From NCBI RefSeq assembly GCF_035594765.1, contig NC_085841.1, forward strand, positions 349,007,402 through 349,071,401: a DNA stretch of 64,000 bases. The letters run 5' to 3'. This document shows, piece after piece, positions 62,108 through 64,000 of this stretch (the stretch's first letter is position 1; each line of letters opens with the position of its first letter). Source of the stretch: Anolis carolinensis. Taxonomy: Eukaryota. The translations under genes and the position numbers were made by a program. The notes below the pieces were generated by a model. It was not told the DNA's origin. It searched no databases and saw only the letters and a list, made by a program, of their open reading frames with translations.

Positions 62108-63859
62108 GTGAGTAATGCCAACAGACATTTGATTCTTTGCACTTAAAGACCATCCCATTAAAATGTCTTTCTGTAATCGTTACATACTTGTGATCCAAAA
62201 CAGCGCTTCTACAGCTACCTGATGTAGCAGAACAACTATTAATTTCTCAATGTGACAGAGACTGGTGCCAAATTTCTGCCATGTTATTACGATATTTTTA
62301 TAATTTGCTGGAAATTCATCACAGTCTGGCAGTCACTGACTCATGCACCGGCACTGGTCCATGTTTTGCCACTGAGTAGTTCTGATCTGAAGAATATATT
62401 TAGATCAATCTGTTCTGTGACAAGATTTTGGCATTGCAACATTCTATTTTTGCGACTTGATGTTAACATATGCGGCTAGTATTGTGGCCGAAATTGGCCT
62501 TCTTGTATTGCCAGTTTGGCACTTCAGACTTCCACCAGTAGCCATGCCTCCTTCTTTGTTAACACAATTTTTAGATAGTTTCCAAGATTTTCTCCGCAGT
62601 TCTAAAAGCTTTAAATGCCTATCCTGCAGCTTAGTCATTGGAACTAGAGTTTAAAGGTCAAATATAGTGGTATGTGGTTTTCATTAGTTGTTTTTTAATT
62701 TTAATGTTGAGATGGTTCTAACGTGTTAGTTTTAATGCATTTGTTTAATTTATTGTATGTATGTTATTAGGCATCAAATGGTTGCCTTTTTGTAAGGCCG
62801 CTCTGAGTCACCTGCAGGGTAAGAAAAGCAGGATATAAATATGGTAAATAAATATATTCAGTCTCTCTCTTTCCTGTGCCTACAAGGGAATGCAGACCAT
62901 GAGAACCAAGACAGTGAAGTCAGTATCCCAAATCTTTAACTCCTGACTCATATATTTCTATTATCTGATTTCAAGTCTGACTCTGATACCTTCATAAATG
63001 GCAAATATAAATACTAATAATAAACTTACTGTAGTGAAATGATAGCACAAAGCATTTTATCACTACCACGTGAGTCATCAGGTACTTAGATTGATAGAAC
63101 ATCAACATATTTAATTCATTTGGGGTAAAATGTAAGTATAAAATGATACTTTGTATATTGCTATAGTAAGTTTTTATCTTGAAATTGGAGTTGGTCATTT
63201 TTACCAACTCCAGCCAAAATTGCTCCTGTCTCTGACTTCGCAGCCCTACTGAGGACTCATCTGAGATTCAGATCACATCATAGGCTGAAAGAGGCTCCCT
63301 ATTCTTGGTCTAGTAGCTGCTTCTGAACAGGAGTGTTATGCTGTACTTTTTGTCTGACCTTGTGGTGATATGAGGCTCCAAGACTATATCAGTTAGCTGT
63401 GAAAAATGTACCAAGATCAACACTTGTTTCTCAGTGTCCTAGTTTCACGCCTAAGGCATGATACCATGCATGAAAGGTTTACTTTTCTCAAATTGGGTGC
63501 ATGTCTCACCATGCTCCAAAATGCAGCGATATCCTTCTTCTTTCTCTTCTTACTACTTGTTAATGTATGCTATTTTGGGACTTGGAAGTGTCTGAGAATG
63601 TTGTCTGAAATTGCATTTCTCATGCCGAGTAGAGTGAATTATTATCGCAAGAGAGCTAAATTCTAAAACATTTTATAACGCGTTTCATGCTCTTAGGGAA
63701 GATTTACATAAATTGTACATTAATTCTTCAGCAGTTCAGCCATGACATTTTGCTACATTGCTTGACAAAAATACAATAAGAAGTCTGACATGTTATTTGC
63801 ATTCTAAATTACTTCTTGGCACATTCGCAACTTACCTTTAACTTTTTTTGTTTTCATAG

Positions 63860-63992
63860 ACAATGATTGGCAGTTTGGAAGGGTCTGGCGATATTGTGTC
63901 CGTGTCCTGCACTGAAAATGAGATTTTTCTTTTAAAGGGAGACAGAGATATCATTAGAATCTCAAGCAGACCTGAAGGGCTTATGTCAACAG
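63860..63992 (+). CDS. TECPR2: TECPR2 coding exon 6 (gene continues beyond the window)
   Basis: TMIGSLEGSGDIVSVSCTENEIFFLKGDRDIIRISSRPEGL; G|gtttgt. Confidence 0.93.
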
Positions 63993-64000
63993 GTTTGTAT

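Overview
Eukaryotic genomic DNA, not prokaryotic. It is very probably a squamate (Anolis-like lizard), judged from Sauria-type SINE, Penelope, CR1, Dong/R4 and MITE content. It carries the gene block known from human 14q32.31: WDR20 (+, exons 2-3 plus an alternative last exon; exon 1 not in the window), MOK/RAGE kinase (-, 12 coding exons, 418 aa), tRNA-Ile(AAT), ZNF839 (+, 7 coding exons, about 624 aa), CINP (-, 5 exons, 206 aa) and the 5' part of TECPR2 (+, a non-coding exon 1 plus 6 coding exons; continues past the window). I placed all exon boundaries by hand at GT-AG sites with consistent phases. Introns and intergenic DNA hold many transposons. The most notable observation is a 1175-bp solo LTR (TG...CA, CCTCC target duplication) in a TECPR2 intron. 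It contains an uninterrupted 140-codon acidic frame with a helix-acidic-FxGF motif resembling LEDGF/p75-binding motifs, which may be a retrotransposon chromatin-targeting module. Other highlights: a Helitron with captured TE fragments, a four-layer nested insertion, an array of CR1-tail repeats with microsatellite spacers, a second in-frame MOK first exon, an RFX X-box at MOK, a strong uORF in TECPR2 exon 1, and an apparently shortened ZNF839. Comparisons to human and other proteins are from memory; no database search was run.
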